IMG/VR virus record: IMGVR_UViG_3300012925_000006
Length of the DNA stretch: 64,000 nucleotides
DNA from: a virus
Taxonomy: Duplodnaviria; Heunggongvirae; Uroviricota; Caudoviricetes
Direction: 5' to 3' (one strand)
A program made the position numbers and the translations under genes. The notes under the pieces are model-generated. The model saw only the letters and a list, made by a program, of their open reading frames with translations, was not told the origin of the DNA and made no database searches. Shown here one piece after another: positions 7,645 through 17,596 of this stretch (positions within the stretch are counted from its first letter, which is position 1; each line of letters starts with the position of its first letter).

Positions 7645-8316
7645 TTATTTATGAGCAATTAAAAGAAAAGCTAATACCCCTGCAATTCCTGTTCCCAGTT
7701 TCGCCCAAAGATCCGCTAATTTGGCCCTTTTTACCGCTTTGTTGGCAGCTTTAGCCTGAGCCGAAGCGTTATCGGTAGAAAGCGTGAGAAGTGTCTTGAA
7801 TTGATCTATTTGTTTCCCCAATTCGATAATAACGACGTTCAGCCGGGCTATTTCTGCATCTTTGATGTTACCTATACTATCTTGCGCTATCTGTAAATTG
7901 AAGTTCTGTTGATTCAATTCGGTCCATTGATTCTTTAATTCAGTATATGCAGCTAAGAGTGCTACAGTATCTTTATTGTCGTAAAATTCTTTTAACTGCT
8001 TATATAAGATTACTACACTATCCTTAGTTATCTTGGTTTGCCCTTTTAAGATAGAAATTACATGAGATTGAGAGTCAATTTTATGCTTATACAAACTATC
8101 TCCAATCACCTTGGCCGTAATCAGGGAATCGTTTGATTTTGCTATGACAGTAGCGCGTCCTTTTATCGAATCATTTTTTTCCTTGTACGAATTAAGTGAA
8201 TCTTGTATTATCTGAATACTTGATCCCTTTCCGCATCCTTTGAAAATATAGAATACCAAGAAAATGGCACAAAGGATTACAATTCCACCAAATACCCATT
8301 TAGCTATTTTGCTCAT
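7645..8316 (-). CDS. N-terminal TM anchor plus long coiled-coil protein (223 aa); lysis-cassette membrane protein, possibly spanin- or antiholin-like
   Basis: Hydrophobic N-terminus, GCGKGSS after the TM, heptad-rich remainder; adjacent to holin-like genes. Confidence 0.45.
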   Translation of the reverse strand: MSKIAKWVFGGIVILCAIFLVFYIFKGCGKGSSIQIIQDSLNSYKEKNDSIKGRATVIAKSNDSLITAKVIGDSLYKHKIDSQSHVISILKGQTKITKDSVVILYKQLKEFYDNKDTVALLAAYTELKNQWTELNQQNFNLQIAQDSIGNIKDAEIARLNVVIIELGKQIDQFKTLLTLSTDNASAQAKAANKAVKRAKLADLWAKLGTGIAGVLAFLLIAHK

Positions 8317-8558
8317 GATTTAGGGAGTTGATTTGTATCTTGTACGGTCAATTTGCTGATAATACCCAGCGTCAAACCGGCTGTAATTGCATATCCTCCC
8401 AATGTTGTGACAATTGCCGGAATATGAGCCGAAGCGATTGCAGGAGTGGCCGTTGCCGCTATCCCGGTTGCAGTTAGTGTTACTCCAAGATTCTGTAATT
8501 TTTTAAAAAACTTAGGGCTTTCAGCGGACCACCTTGCAGATATTTCAGACCATCTCAT
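8313..8558 (-). CDS. Holin-like small membrane protein (81 aa, two predicted TM helices)
   Basis: Two Ala/Gly/Thr-rich hydrophobic stretches; overlaps the next gene by 4 nt. Confidence 0.5.
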   Translation of the reverse strand: MRWSEISARWSAESPKFFKKLQNLGVTLTATGIAATATPAIASAHIPAIVTTLGGYAITAGLTLGIISKLTVQDTNQLPKS

Positions 8559-8559
8559 G

Positions 8560-8832
8560 TTATTGTTTTTTATTGTTTTCTAAAGCTGTTATTCGTTGTA
8601 GTAATCCACTAATAGAGATATCGTTTGCATTTAAATGGAGCGAATGATCTCTTTGTTGAGCTTGAATTGTATTGATATTATCGGAATTATATCCCGTTGA
8701 CACTTCCATTCTGGCTACTCTGGAATCTAAGCTATTAAGTTCCTTTGCTCCCCACAATACTCCTGCCGTACAAAGACTAAGAAGTGTTGTGGTTAACATT
8801 TTATACCCAGATTCTTTTTGTGGAGTTGTCAT
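8560..8832 (-). CDS. Small TM plus coiled-coil protein (90 aa), holin/antiholin-like
   Basis: N-terminal hydrophobic helix, C-terminal ...LLQRITALENNKKQ. Confidence 0.45.
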   Translation of the reverse strand: MTTPQKESGYKMLTTTLLSLCTAGVLWGAKELNSLDSRVARMEVSTGYNSDNINTIQAQQRDHSLHLNANDISISGLLQRITALENNKKQ

Positions 8833-8863
8833 TGCTTTTATATATAAAAATAGTGTTTTTTAT

Positions 8864-10537
8864 TTAATTCGCTATCAGCCGCTGTCCCGGGCTATATTGG
8901 ATCACATTTGGAGGCAGCATAGTGAATGCAATTGTTACTGAATCACTTTTAAATCCATTGTCGGTTACTAATTCTTTAAATGAATATTGTCCCACAGGAA
9001 AGTTTTTTATTCTATTTGTTTTACCAGATCTAATCCCTAAAGAAACTGATGTTCCTGACATTTGGGTTATTAAATATGACATCACAAATACGTCGTCTGT
9101 ACTACCTGAAGCATCCCATACTAGATCATATCCATCCTGCCTTAAAGTTAATGCGGCTGTCGGCCCTGTGTTGGCAGGAATAGAATATGTATTGCAGGGA
9201 GTTCCGGAAGGATTTAGAATACAATATGGGCTTGTACTTTGAATATAAGCTAAAGCAGGGTCTGGGAACTGTTGAGTAATCCAAGGAATAGACCAGGAAT
9301 CTGGATATTGCGCTCCTATTCCTCCGTTCACTGGATTGGCCCCTATAATTCTATTTACTAACGGACCGAATTTATTTCTTCCCCAACTATAAAAATTTCC
9401 CAAGGAATCATTTCCATATGCAAACCAACTATTAGAAGGGGCAGTATTAACGGACATCCAATCCCTTTTTCCGGGGACTGGCTCTACTGGCACTATCTGC
9501 ATATGTTCATGAAACCCATTATCATAGTTATATGGTGCCGGAGATCCAGAGCTGGGACCGGGACAACATTTATATGCTCCCCAATCCAACATGTCTCCAT
9601 TGCCTATTGTCCCACAAGAATTGTCTCCCCATGACCACAAGGCTCCTGTCGTTAATATTGCATACGTGGTGGATGAATTTATCGATAATGATTTAGGGAA
9701 TGCCGGCAGCCCCAATGCTGATGTAATATCCTGAAATGAGCGTGTCATTGCTGTTGGATAGATGGCTATATAATCGTTTAAGTTTTGCTGACCAGTTGCC
9801 AAAGTATGTCCATTATCCAGCAATATTTCATTTATCAATCCATTCCCGGCAATGTCTGTTGCTGTTCGTCCTACTCCCAAAGAGATCAATGTTGGGGTGG
9901 TGGCTGCTGTGGTAGTTCCTTGCCCATTTATATAGCCGTCCCTATCGGCTCCCCATGTATATATATGGCCTAGTGAAGTCTTTGCAAGCATCCCATAACC
10001 ACCTTGGATCTTTGTAACTAACTCTCCACCCACATTTATTTGCACCCATCTTGTATTAACCGCAGTGCCAGCCGTCCCATCTCCTATTACATAGGATTCA
10101 AGCTCTCCAGCCCCATAAAGTTTGCCTGTGCTTGTAACTGCAAAAACATTCCAGAAAGCTCCCTTATTTGCATTTCCACTAAGATAAACTTGTATAACAG
10201 GATCAAGCGTGCCACCTAAGTTATCGGTCATGCATATGACAAAACTATTTTGATCTGTTTGTGTTCCATTTGGCACAACGCCATTTGGATTCTGCCCTTT
10301 GCAATATACGTTTCCTAAGTTGTCAATTAAACAAGCACTATGAGGCCCTCCAGCGACAAAAACAACATTGGTGGGGCTGGAAACAATCGTCGGTACAGCA
10401 TTATCAATTGTATAAGCCCGATGTGTGGAAGTATTCAGCAATAAATTAACATATTCCCCCGGAGATCCTAACCATTGAGAGTATGTCTTATACGAAAGAC
10501 AAATAAGAAAGAAGGATATGTATAATATATACTTCAT
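8864..10537 (-). CDS. Secreted RCC1-like repeat (beta-propeller) protein, 557 aa; possible receptor-binding / host-surface-interaction protein
   Basis: Signal peptide MKYILYISFFLICLSYKTYSQ; repeated GxxYxWG motifs (LGHIYTWGADRDG, ALWSWGDNSCGTIGNGD, NFYSWGRNKFG) typical of RCC1/BLIP-II repeats. Confidence 0.65.
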   Translation of the reverse strand: MKYILYISFFLICLSYKTYSQWLGSPGEYVNLLLNTSTHRAYTIDNAVPTIVSSPTNVVFVAGGPHSACLIDNLGNVYCKGQNPNGVVPNGTQTDQNSFVICMTDNLGGTLDPVIQVYLSGNANKGAFWNVFAVTSTGKLYGAGELESYVIGDGTAGTAVNTRWVQINVGGELVTKIQGGYGMLAKTSLGHIYTWGADRDGYINGQGTTTAATTPTLISLGVGRTATDIAGNGLINEILLDNGHTLATGQQNLNDYIAIYPTAMTRSFQDITSALGLPAFPKSLSINSSTTYAILTTGALWSWGDNSCGTIGNGDMLDWGAYKCCPGPSSGSPAPYNYDNGFHEHMQIVPVEPVPGKRDWMSVNTAPSNSWFAYGNDSLGNFYSWGRNKFGPLVNRIIGANPVNGGIGAQYPDSWSIPWITQQFPDPALAYIQSTSPYCILNPSGTPCNTYSIPANTGPTAALTLRQDGYDLVWDASGSTDDVFVMSYLITQMSGTSVSLGIRSGKTNRIKNFPVGQYSFKELVTDNGFKSDSVTIAFTMLPPNVIQYSPGQRLIAN

Positions 10538-10540
10538 TAA

Positions 10541-11092
10541 TTATGGGGACATAAATTTGTCAGCTATACCCTTGTATTTTTTCTTAGCTTTAACTAAATA
10601 AGTATCAGTATTTTTATGACATGCATTACAAAGAGTTCGTCCATTATTTACATTAAATCTTTCTTCAGGGAAATAAGCAAATGGTTTAATATGATCTGCC
10701 TCTAAATGGCCGGATACTTTTTCTTTTTCACCACAGATTAAGCAAGTATAGTTATCTCTTTCAAATACAGTCTTTCTCCAAATTTTATATTCTATAGATT
10801 TCCTAATTGTTTCATTTATTGATGTTACTCCCCCTTTCCAATTAACATTCTTATCTCCTTTATGATGTATCCCTCTTTTTATTCTAGATTCTATAGAATA
10901 TTTCTTTCCACTAGCAGCTTTAGACATTTTTAAAATAGCTTCCGGAGTATGCCCGATATTATTGTGCCCTTTATTGTGTCCATGAATAAATATCCTTTTT
11001 CTTCCCCTGCTATCTGTTGAATTGAATTCATTATCGCATCCACAAGCACAAATAATAGTTATTCCTAAATTATGCGTTCTTTCCCTTCCCAT
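10541..11092 (-). CDS. HNH endonuclease (183 aa) with an N-terminal Cys cluster
   Basis: C-terminal CLICGEKEKVSGHLEADHIKPFAYFPEERFNVNNGRTLCNACHKN matches the HNH motif (His-Asn-His, CxxC pairs). Confidence 0.8.
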   Translation of the reverse strand: MGRERTHNLGITIICACGCDNEFNSTDSRGRKRIFIHGHNKGHNNIGHTPEAILKMSKAASGKKYSIESRIKRGIHHKGDKNVNWKGGVTSINETIRKSIEYKIWRKTVFERDNYTCLICGEKEKVSGHLEADHIKPFAYFPEERFNVNNGRTLCNACHKNTDTYLVKAKKKYKGIADKFMSP

Positions 11093-11101
11093 TTTAAAAA
11101 A

Positions 11102-14100
11102 TTATGGAACCAAATTCCAATCAAATGAAACTGTACCTGTCAATCCGGCCAAATATGTCACATCAAAAGTTGTTGCTGTTTTATTAGTGACATAAAAAAG
11201 AGCAGCCGATAAAGCACTTGTTGGAGTAACATTTACTTTATAGGTACTATTTGATTCCGTTTTTCCAATTGTTACTGTAAACGTTGTAGTAGCTGTCCCA
11301 ACCTGAGAAACACTTCCAGAAGCATACCCTAAGTTAGATGCGCTTTCCAATATCCAATTAGTGCCATTATACACCAACGTATAGGTCACTCCATTGGGAA
11401 TTGCTGTCACCGTATTCCCTAGATTATCCTTCACCGTTGTTGCAAATGTCCAAGCGAATGCAGAAGTATTAGTATTGAAAATAGTCTGGGTATGGCCGGT
11501 ATTTGTAAATGGTATAGTCAAGGTTCTATTGGCTGTTATTACAGGAAGGTAAACATTGAATGACCCTACGGAGACGGTGGTATTTGCATCTGTAGCTGTA
11601 AGTCCAGAATACTGAGGAGTCCCATATAATGCCAATGTTCCTACAGGAGCCCCTATCGTTATATTGTCGTTTGATCTAATATCCACTTCCCCCAAATTAC
11701 TCGCATTTGTTCCAAGTTCTAATTTGAAAGATCCCCCTGCAATAGCCGTTGGCTGAATCAATGTTCCGCCCCAATAAATACTGTCAGTTGTTGGCGCTCT
11801 AAGACCATTGGCTACCTTTAAATTGAATGTTCCGGATTTTCTATGCGTTTGCCCAGTTGTGGGGTCTACTGTTACGATACTATCATTCGCTCCTGAACTT
11901 GTCAACCCAGTCAGCAACGGTGTTGCTATAGACGGAGAAGTCCCAAATACCAATGGTCCAGTTCCCGTTTCATCAGATATGACTCCTAACAATTGTGCTG
12001 ATGTAGTAGAAGCGAATTGCTGCAATCCTGTTAGTTTATCTGCTACTGTTATATTAGCGTCTGGGAAAGTGGCTGTTCTTGTAGTAGCTGTAGTAATAGA
12101 AGCAGCACTTAGGATAAGCAACTTGGTAGCATCTGAGTTGTTTTTAACTAATGCGGCATTATCCGCAAATGGAGGTGCGCTTCCAGCACCCGCATTAGCT
12201 CTATGCCAACTTCTTGTTGCAACTGTATCTCTTATGGATGCAGAAGAATCTATTATCCAAAGTCCTGTATTGTATTGCATTTGTCCGGCTACAGGAGTAG
12301 TAGTCGGAGGTCCTGCTGTAAATTGTATTGGCGCAAATCCTGCCGTGGCAGTTCCAGCCGAAAGTGTTAGCCACGCACTTCTGGTAGCATTTCCTATTGA
12401 AGTTTTGCCGTCGAATCCAACAGAAAATTTTGCGACATTAGCATTACATGCCTTAAAGAGAGGCATAGTGCTTACAGTTCCATTCACCGATAGTAATGCG
12501 CTGTAATAAGCTACATCAAAATCTGATCCAGGTGCGACGCTATATAACATTCCGGCTGCGGTTCCACTGGTTCCTTTATAATACCATACCGGATTCATAT
12601 CAGTGAAATTCCCAGATAATGTCCCAAATGAAAGATGAGCCGCCGCATATCCAGTTTGTCGGTTATACAGATTAAAAAGTCCGCTAGAACTAGCTACTAT
12701 TTCAGGACCACTAAATGCCAGATTCATTGTAGAATAGCTCTGTCTTGCTTCTCCGCGCACTCTTCCGATTGGGACCAATAATATTTCTAAAGATGATCTT
12801 TGTTCTAAACTATCAAAATGGGCATACTGAACTATAATATTTCCTTTTGTGGAATCATAGAATATTGACGGTTCAAAATAAGTACTGGCGCTATCTGATC
12901 CCAATAAACTGAATAGGGTTCTCCATTGATTTCCAAGACTAAGGGCATTATTTGGCTGATTAAAATCATAATCTTTAGTGCTAGTCAGTAAATCTAAATA
13001 TTTTCTTTGTGATTGTTGAGTAGCCCCCCCCACAGCTTTATTTGCTACTCCTATCATCCAATGCTGTCCATCAATAACAGCTACAGCCGGTTGAGAATAA
13101 GGCGTAGGCATTCCCATATTATAAGAACCCGTCCATGTAGCTCCATTATCTATAGATTGTGCTCCCCACATTTCATATTGAACATTAGTAGAGAACCCAT
13201 ATCTAATAAATTCCCCCGCAGCCTGTGTATCGGGTGTACGTTGCACTATATACATTAAAGGTTCATTCACAACACTATCAGGTGATGTGAATATTTGTGC
13301 AGATAGAGTCCAAGTGACTCCATTATCATCGGAATACATAAATCTTCCTCTAAAATAAGCCAATGACCGGTTAGTGATTTGCCCCAATGGAAAGAACAAT
13401 CGACCAGTTAATTGAGATCTAATAATCCTGTCACCGGAAGAATACCAATATGTACCCGATGCGCTTACTAGCGAATCTACGAATGTAAAATTATTTCCCC
13501 CATTCGTACTTTTCCATCGACAGATAGTACTTTGTAATGGAGTGGTTAAATACTTATTGTTAGTGAAGCAATATATATTACCATTGCCATCATTGTACAG
13601 ACTAGGAGTATTTGTATTTTGTGTAATATTCGGTATTCTTAATCTATTATTTACCCACGTTAGCCCATTATCTCCAGAGGTGGCTCCCCATATATTAGAT
13701 GGCCCTACATCACTTACATTGGAAGTATTAGAATTAGAATATAAAATCAACAAGCTATCTTTGCTTAATCTAATTATTGAACTTTGGTCCATTCGCCAGT
13801 GATTATTTACTGTATCAATCGCTTGAACTACTATTTTCTTAATCACATAAGGTTCAATTTTATATTTTCTAACACCGCTAGTATCTGTTCCATATACTTG
13901 ATAAGGTGGTGGAGTGGCAAGATCATTAACCAATTGCAAAGGAGTTCCAGATGATCCATTTCCTGTTATTGAATTTTGAGAGGTAACCGTTCCAGATGGA
14001 GTAGGAATATTTAATACTCCCGCTACAATGGACGCCGCTCCCGATCCAGTAGTTGTCAAGGAAACATCCGCAGCATTCCCAGATCCATCGTATCCTAACA

Positions 14101-15262
14101 GGGTATTGGCTGTATTTGTAGCCATTTTCCCAAGAGTAACGGCATTGTTAGCAATCTTCCCTGTAGTCACCGCAAGAGGTTGTATAGTTGCCACTGCTGC
14201 TCCCGGTCCTGCTGCTACTACATCTGTTGTCAGAGAGGTTATATAGTTTCCAGTTGCCTGTTTCCCGGCCAAATCTGTCACCAGATTAGTAACTTGGCTT
14301 TCTGCTATTTGGATCGCAGTATTGGAAGCTGCTGTTATTAATCCTTTTGCATTTACAGTAAAAGAACCGACATTGGAAGCCGTTCCGAAAGAACCGATGT
14401 TGCCATTTACGGTTGCTAAAGTAAGCGGAAGATTGGTCCCAGAAACTGTACCTGTAGCATCTCCGGAAGCGGTAGCAAGATTCCCCGACGCTCCATTACC
14501 AGCTATAGTTAACTGTCCTGCTGCATTATAGGTAAGATTACAGTTTGTGCAAGATCCTGCTGTTATTACAGAAGCCAAAGTAACGGGTATCGAAGTGGTC
14601 CCACTACCCGTGGCCCCTCCTGATAAAGTGATCGTTTGGTTTCCTGTTATATATCCCGGTCCATTTGTAAAAGAAGAAAGATTTGTAGGGAAAGTAGCCA
14701 AAGATAAATCTCCCCTAAAATATTGAGAAGTTGATCCAGTTGTAATAGTAGGTTGTTTCCCAGCTAAATCGGTAACCAAATTTGTAACTTGCGCTTCCGG
14801 GATTTGAATGACTATAGAGCCAGCAGCAGTATTCAATCCCTTTCCATTTAAAGTTATCTGTGCTACATGTGAGGCATCTCCAAAAGAACCGGTATTTGTG
14901 TTAACGGTTGCCAAAGTTGCGACTTGACTTCCAGTTCCGGGTCCGGCCAATACATCTCCTGTCAATTGATTAAGACCAGAACCTCCTGTTCCTCCTGAAT
15001 TCTTCTTAATCCATTTATTTCCTATTCTTGTCCACTCAACACTGTCAAATCCTGCGTGTAACCAAAGAATTGTAGTTCCTTGAAATTTTGGAATAAAGTT
15101 AGTATCTCTAAATGCTGGAATGTCCCCACTGTCTCTTTGAAGCCATCCAACACGATAATATCCTGTTGAATATGGGGCGGGTAATCCAGATGGAGCGGGT
15201 GGCTGCGCTTTCAAAGAAATACTTATCAATAAACAAAAAAATATTTTAAATAATAATTTCAT
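11102..15262 (-). CDS. Tail fibre / receptor-binding protein, 1386 aa, with BNR (Asp-box, sialidase-like) repeats and an internal ~170-aa duplication
   Basis: Signal-like N-terminus; Gly/Thr/Ser-rich fibre region; Asp-boxes SGDNGLTW, SDDNGVTW, SIDNGATW; repeated ...IQI(P/A)E(A/S)QVTNLVTDLAGKQ... blocks. Confidence 0.7.
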   Translation of the reverse strand: MKLLFKIFFCLLISISLKAQPPAPSGLPAPYSTGYYRVGWLQRDSGDIPAFRDTNFIPKFQGTTILWLHAGFDSVEWTRIGNKWIKKNSGGTGGSGLNQLTGDVLAGPGTGSQVATLATVNTNTGSFGDASHVAQITLNGKGLNTAAGSIVIQIPEAQVTNLVTDLAGKQPTITTGSTSQYFRGDLSLATFPTNLSSFTNGPGYITGNQTITLSGGATGSGTTSIPVTLASVITAGSCTNCNLTYNAAGQLTIAGNGASGNLATASGDATGTVSGTNLPLTLATVNGNIGSFGTASNVGSFTVNAKGLITAASNTAIQIAESQVTNLVTDLAGKQATGNYITSLTTDVVAAGPGAAVATIQPLAVTTGKIANNAVTLGKMATNTANTLLGYDGSGNAADVSLTTTGSGAASIVAGVLNIPTPSGTVTSQNSITGNGSSGTPLQLVNDLATPPPYQVYGTDTSGVRKYKIEPYVIKKIVVQAIDTVNNHWRMDQSSIIRLSKDSLLILYSNSNTSNVSDVGPSNIWGATSGDNGLTWVNNRLRIPNITQNTNTPSLYNDGNGNIYCFTNNKYLTTPLQSTICRWKSTNGGNNFTFVDSLVSASGTYWYSSGDRIIRSQLTGRLFFPLGQITNRSLAYFRGRFMYSDDNGVTWTLSAQIFTSPDSVVNEPLMYIVQRTPDTQAAGEFIRYGFSTNVQYEMWGAQSIDNGATWTGSYNMGMPTPYSQPAVAVIDGQHWMIGVANKAVGGATQQSQRKYLDLLTSTKDYDFNQPNNALSLGNQWRTLFSLLGSDSASTYFEPSIFYDSTKGNIIVQYAHFDSLEQRSSLEILLVPIGRVRGEARQSYSTMNLAFSGPEIVASSSGLFNLYNRQTGYAAAHLSFGTLSGNFTDMNPVWYYKGTSGTAAGMLYSVAPGSDFDVAYYSALLSVNGTVSTMPLFKACNANVAKFSVGFDGKTSIGNATRSAWLTLSAGTATAGFAPIQFTAGPPTTTPVAGQMQYNTGLWIIDSSASIRDTVATRSWHRANAGAGSAPPFADNAALVKNNSDATKLLILSAASITTATTRTATFPDANITVADKLTGLQQFASTTSAQLLGVISDETGTGPLVFGTSPSIATPLLTGLTSSGANDSIVTVDPTTGQTHRKSGTFNLKVANGLRAPTTDSIYWGGTLIQPTAIAGGSFKLELGTNASNLGEVDIRSNDNITIGAPVGTLALYGTPQYSGLTATDANTTVSVGSFNVYLPVITANRTLTIPFTNTGHTQTIFNTNTSAFAWTFATTVKDNLGNTVTAIPNGVTYTLVYNGTNWILESASNLGYASGSVSQVGTATTTFTVTIGKTESNSTYKVNVTPTSALSAALFYVTNKTATTFDVTYLAGLTGTVSFDWNLVP

Positions 15263-15265
15263 ATT

Positions 15266-17596
15266 TTAAAAATTTACCCATGCCGAACCATTATAGTAAG
15301 ACATTTGATGTAATGTTAAGTCATATACTTCCAATCCTTCGACAGGTGTTGAAATAGCTAATTTCTGAGTAGTGGTCATGGAGGGGGGCTTGAATCCTTG
15401 AGTTGTACTACTCATAAATAACTGAGCCGAAGGAGTAGCTGCTGTAGCGCCCATCCATATAGGTCCATTAAAATAATTAGCGGCTGTCCCGGAAATATTC
15501 AAATTAAATGAACCAGTTTTGGCCGATATTCTACCATCAAAACCCAATACAACCCCAAGACCTCCACTTCCTAAAGTCATATCATCACATATGTAGTGTG
15601 TGAATGTGTTTATATTAGTAAACGTTCCTCCTTGGCTATAAAATCCAAAACCGTGTCCCATAGTTCCGACTGGATTGAATACATTAGTCCGGGAATAATA
15701 TCCATTTAATATGTTCGTTCCTGCATCAATCTTTATCCCGGGCTGTATCCCTATCATATTCCTAGAGCCTTGCGTTGAAGCATGCTCCATAGTAATGTTT
15801 AACGCTATGAGATCGCCAGCTATCGTGGAAGTATCAGGCAATTCTATGTTAAGACGCCCGTTTACGTCCAATTTAGATGTAGGTGTCGTGGTTCCTATAC
15901 CTACAGAATCATTTGTTATGGTTGTGTAATTACCCGTTCTATTCCACGGACTCTGAACAATTGACCATCCGGTACGGGATGTTGGAGTATTTCCTGCTGT
16001 TTTTATATAAAAATTACCACCTGTCAAATCCATATAAGAATCTCCTACTTTTCCAGCAATATTTCCATTTGGCGTTCCCGATCCAGTATGAAAATTTTCT
16101 ATAGTATTGTCAGTTGCGGAATCTTGGGAAGCTATAAAAAAACCACTTGTAGAATCAGGAAGTAAATTACAGCCTCTAATAAATCTATTTCTCTTTGATC
16201 CTCCATGAAAATTCAACAATTGGCTGCTAGGCGCTCCTTTTATAGTACAACCACTGAAAGTATTATCAATAGAGCTTCCAAAGTTCATTGCCAACGTCTT
16301 AGAAGAAGAGTAAAAATCCCCTGAAAAAGATCCATTAATAATATTGTCAACCTGCGTATAGGCGCTGTCTACCGGAATGCTATTATTAGAGGACTTATAA
16401 TCTTTTTGAAATCCTAATTGAGGGCCAATGTCTACGCTATCTGTTACGGAAAAATGATCTACACTATTCCCGTATACATATCCTCCATTCCCTGTCCCAC
16501 CAAAATTTTGGACAGTATATGGAAGGCATTTCTTTTTGCTGCCCGACATTTTCACATTAGAAATAATGCAATATTCTCCCTGAGCATTTTCTACGCCAAT
16601 ATCTTTTGCTCCTTTTATAACTAAATTCTGAACAATAACATATGAACAACTACCCAAACTGACAGCCATCCCATAAAGAGCTTTGCCGCCCAATTCATTA
16701 AAATTACAGTTCAATATTCGACCATTTTTGACATATGGATTATGTCCATCCGATGCTTGAACTCCCAATACTTCAATAGCCATTCTCCCTACACTATCAA
16801 AAATGCAATCTTGAATATCCCAATCCGTTAATACGCCTCCCTGCCCACCTCTCTGTCCTATAAGCACTATTCCATCCGCACAACTATATGGCGCTTTTAT
16901 CAATAAATTATTAAAATGCAATCCCCTTGCAATTACTGCTGTAGTTGGAGCAAGTGTACTAAATTCGGAGATAACAGAAATTCCATTTGTATCCGGCCCA
17001 TTGGATCTATCTAATACAAAATTATTCTGCAATTTCATCGTAGATATTGTCACATTGGAGATGCTGTCTGTATGCAGATCAAATATCTTTGCGACTAAAG
17101 GATCACCAATAATAGCAGTCTTTACTCTATCTAATCCTGTTATAGACACATTACTGGCCGTTAATGTAATCGTACTGCTGATCCTATAAGTTCCATATGG
17201 TAATTGCCAGCATGTGCCAGATATATTAAATATCTGATTAAACAAAGGCGCATTATCCAGCACTCCCGTAGGATCTGCTCCGGCTGATAACACATTCAAT
17301 GCCCCAGTCATATCTCTTACCCATGCTCCTACCGAAGTCGATGGATTTTTGACTATAAATCCTGGAATTGGAGTAGCTGTAGAAGTGGCATCCCAACGAA
17401 ATCTACCTCCACCCCCATCCCCCGGATTACGAAAACCTTGTGTTGTTATAGCCAATCCTGGCGCACCAACCCTTGTAGAAAGACTTGAAATATTCCGAAA
17501 TGACAAAGAAGTCATATTATCTTGTGCCGATAATTTAATCGAAATAAGAATGAATAATATATATACTGTTTTTTTCATTATGCTCTTGCCGACCAA
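15266..17596 (-). CDS. Tailspike-like protein (776 aa), probable right-handed beta-helix polysaccharide depolymerase
   Basis: Signal-like N-terminus; long Asn/Gly/Ser/Thr-rich region with periodic short beta-strand motifs typical of pectate-lyase-fold tailspikes; lies next to the fibre gene. Confidence 0.5.
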   Translation of the reverse strand: MVGKSIMKKTVYILFILISIKLSAQDNMTSLSFRNISSLSTRVGAPGLAITTQGFRNPGDGGGGRFRWDATSTATPIPGFIVKNPSTSVGAWVRDMTGALNVLSAGADPTGVLDNAPLFNQIFNISGTCWQLPYGTYRISSTITLTASNVSITGLDRVKTAIIGDPLVAKIFDLHTDSISNVTISTMKLQNNFVLDRSNGPDTNGISVISEFSTLAPTTAVIARGLHFNNLLIKAPYSCADGIVLIGQRGGQGGVLTDWDIQDCIFDSVGRMAIEVLGVQASDGHNPYVKNGRILNCNFNELGGKALYGMAVSLGSCSYVIVQNLVIKGAKDIGVENAQGEYCIISNVKMSGSKKKCLPYTVQNFGGTGNGGYVYGNSVDHFSVTDSVDIGPQLGFQKDYKSSNNSIPVDSAYTQVDNIINGSFSGDFYSSSKTLAMNFGSSIDNTFSGCTIKGAPSSQLLNFHGGSKRNRFIRGCNLLPDSTSGFFIASQDSATDNTIENFHTGSGTPNGNIAGKVGDSYMDLTGGNFYIKTAGNTPTSRTGWSIVQSPWNRTGNYTTITNDSVGIGTTTPTSKLDVNGRLNIELPDTSTIAGDLIALNITMEHASTQGSRNMIGIQPGIKIDAGTNILNGYYSRTNVFNPVGTMGHGFGFYSQGGTFTNINTFTHYICDDMTLGSGGLGVVLGFDGRISAKTGSFNLNISGTAANYFNGPIWMGATAATPSAQLFMSSTTQGFKPPSMTTTQKLAISTPVEGLEVYDLTLHQMSYYNGSAWVNF

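Noticed and set aside
11808-12506. Antisense ORFs inside the large - strand genes (e.g. 11808-12506 +, 14028-14246 +, 25661-25969 +, 43844-44272 +, 48828-49295 +)
   Set aside because: They lie entirely within longer, motif-supported ORFs on the opposite strand, have a compositional bias mirroring those genes, and are most likely spurious.
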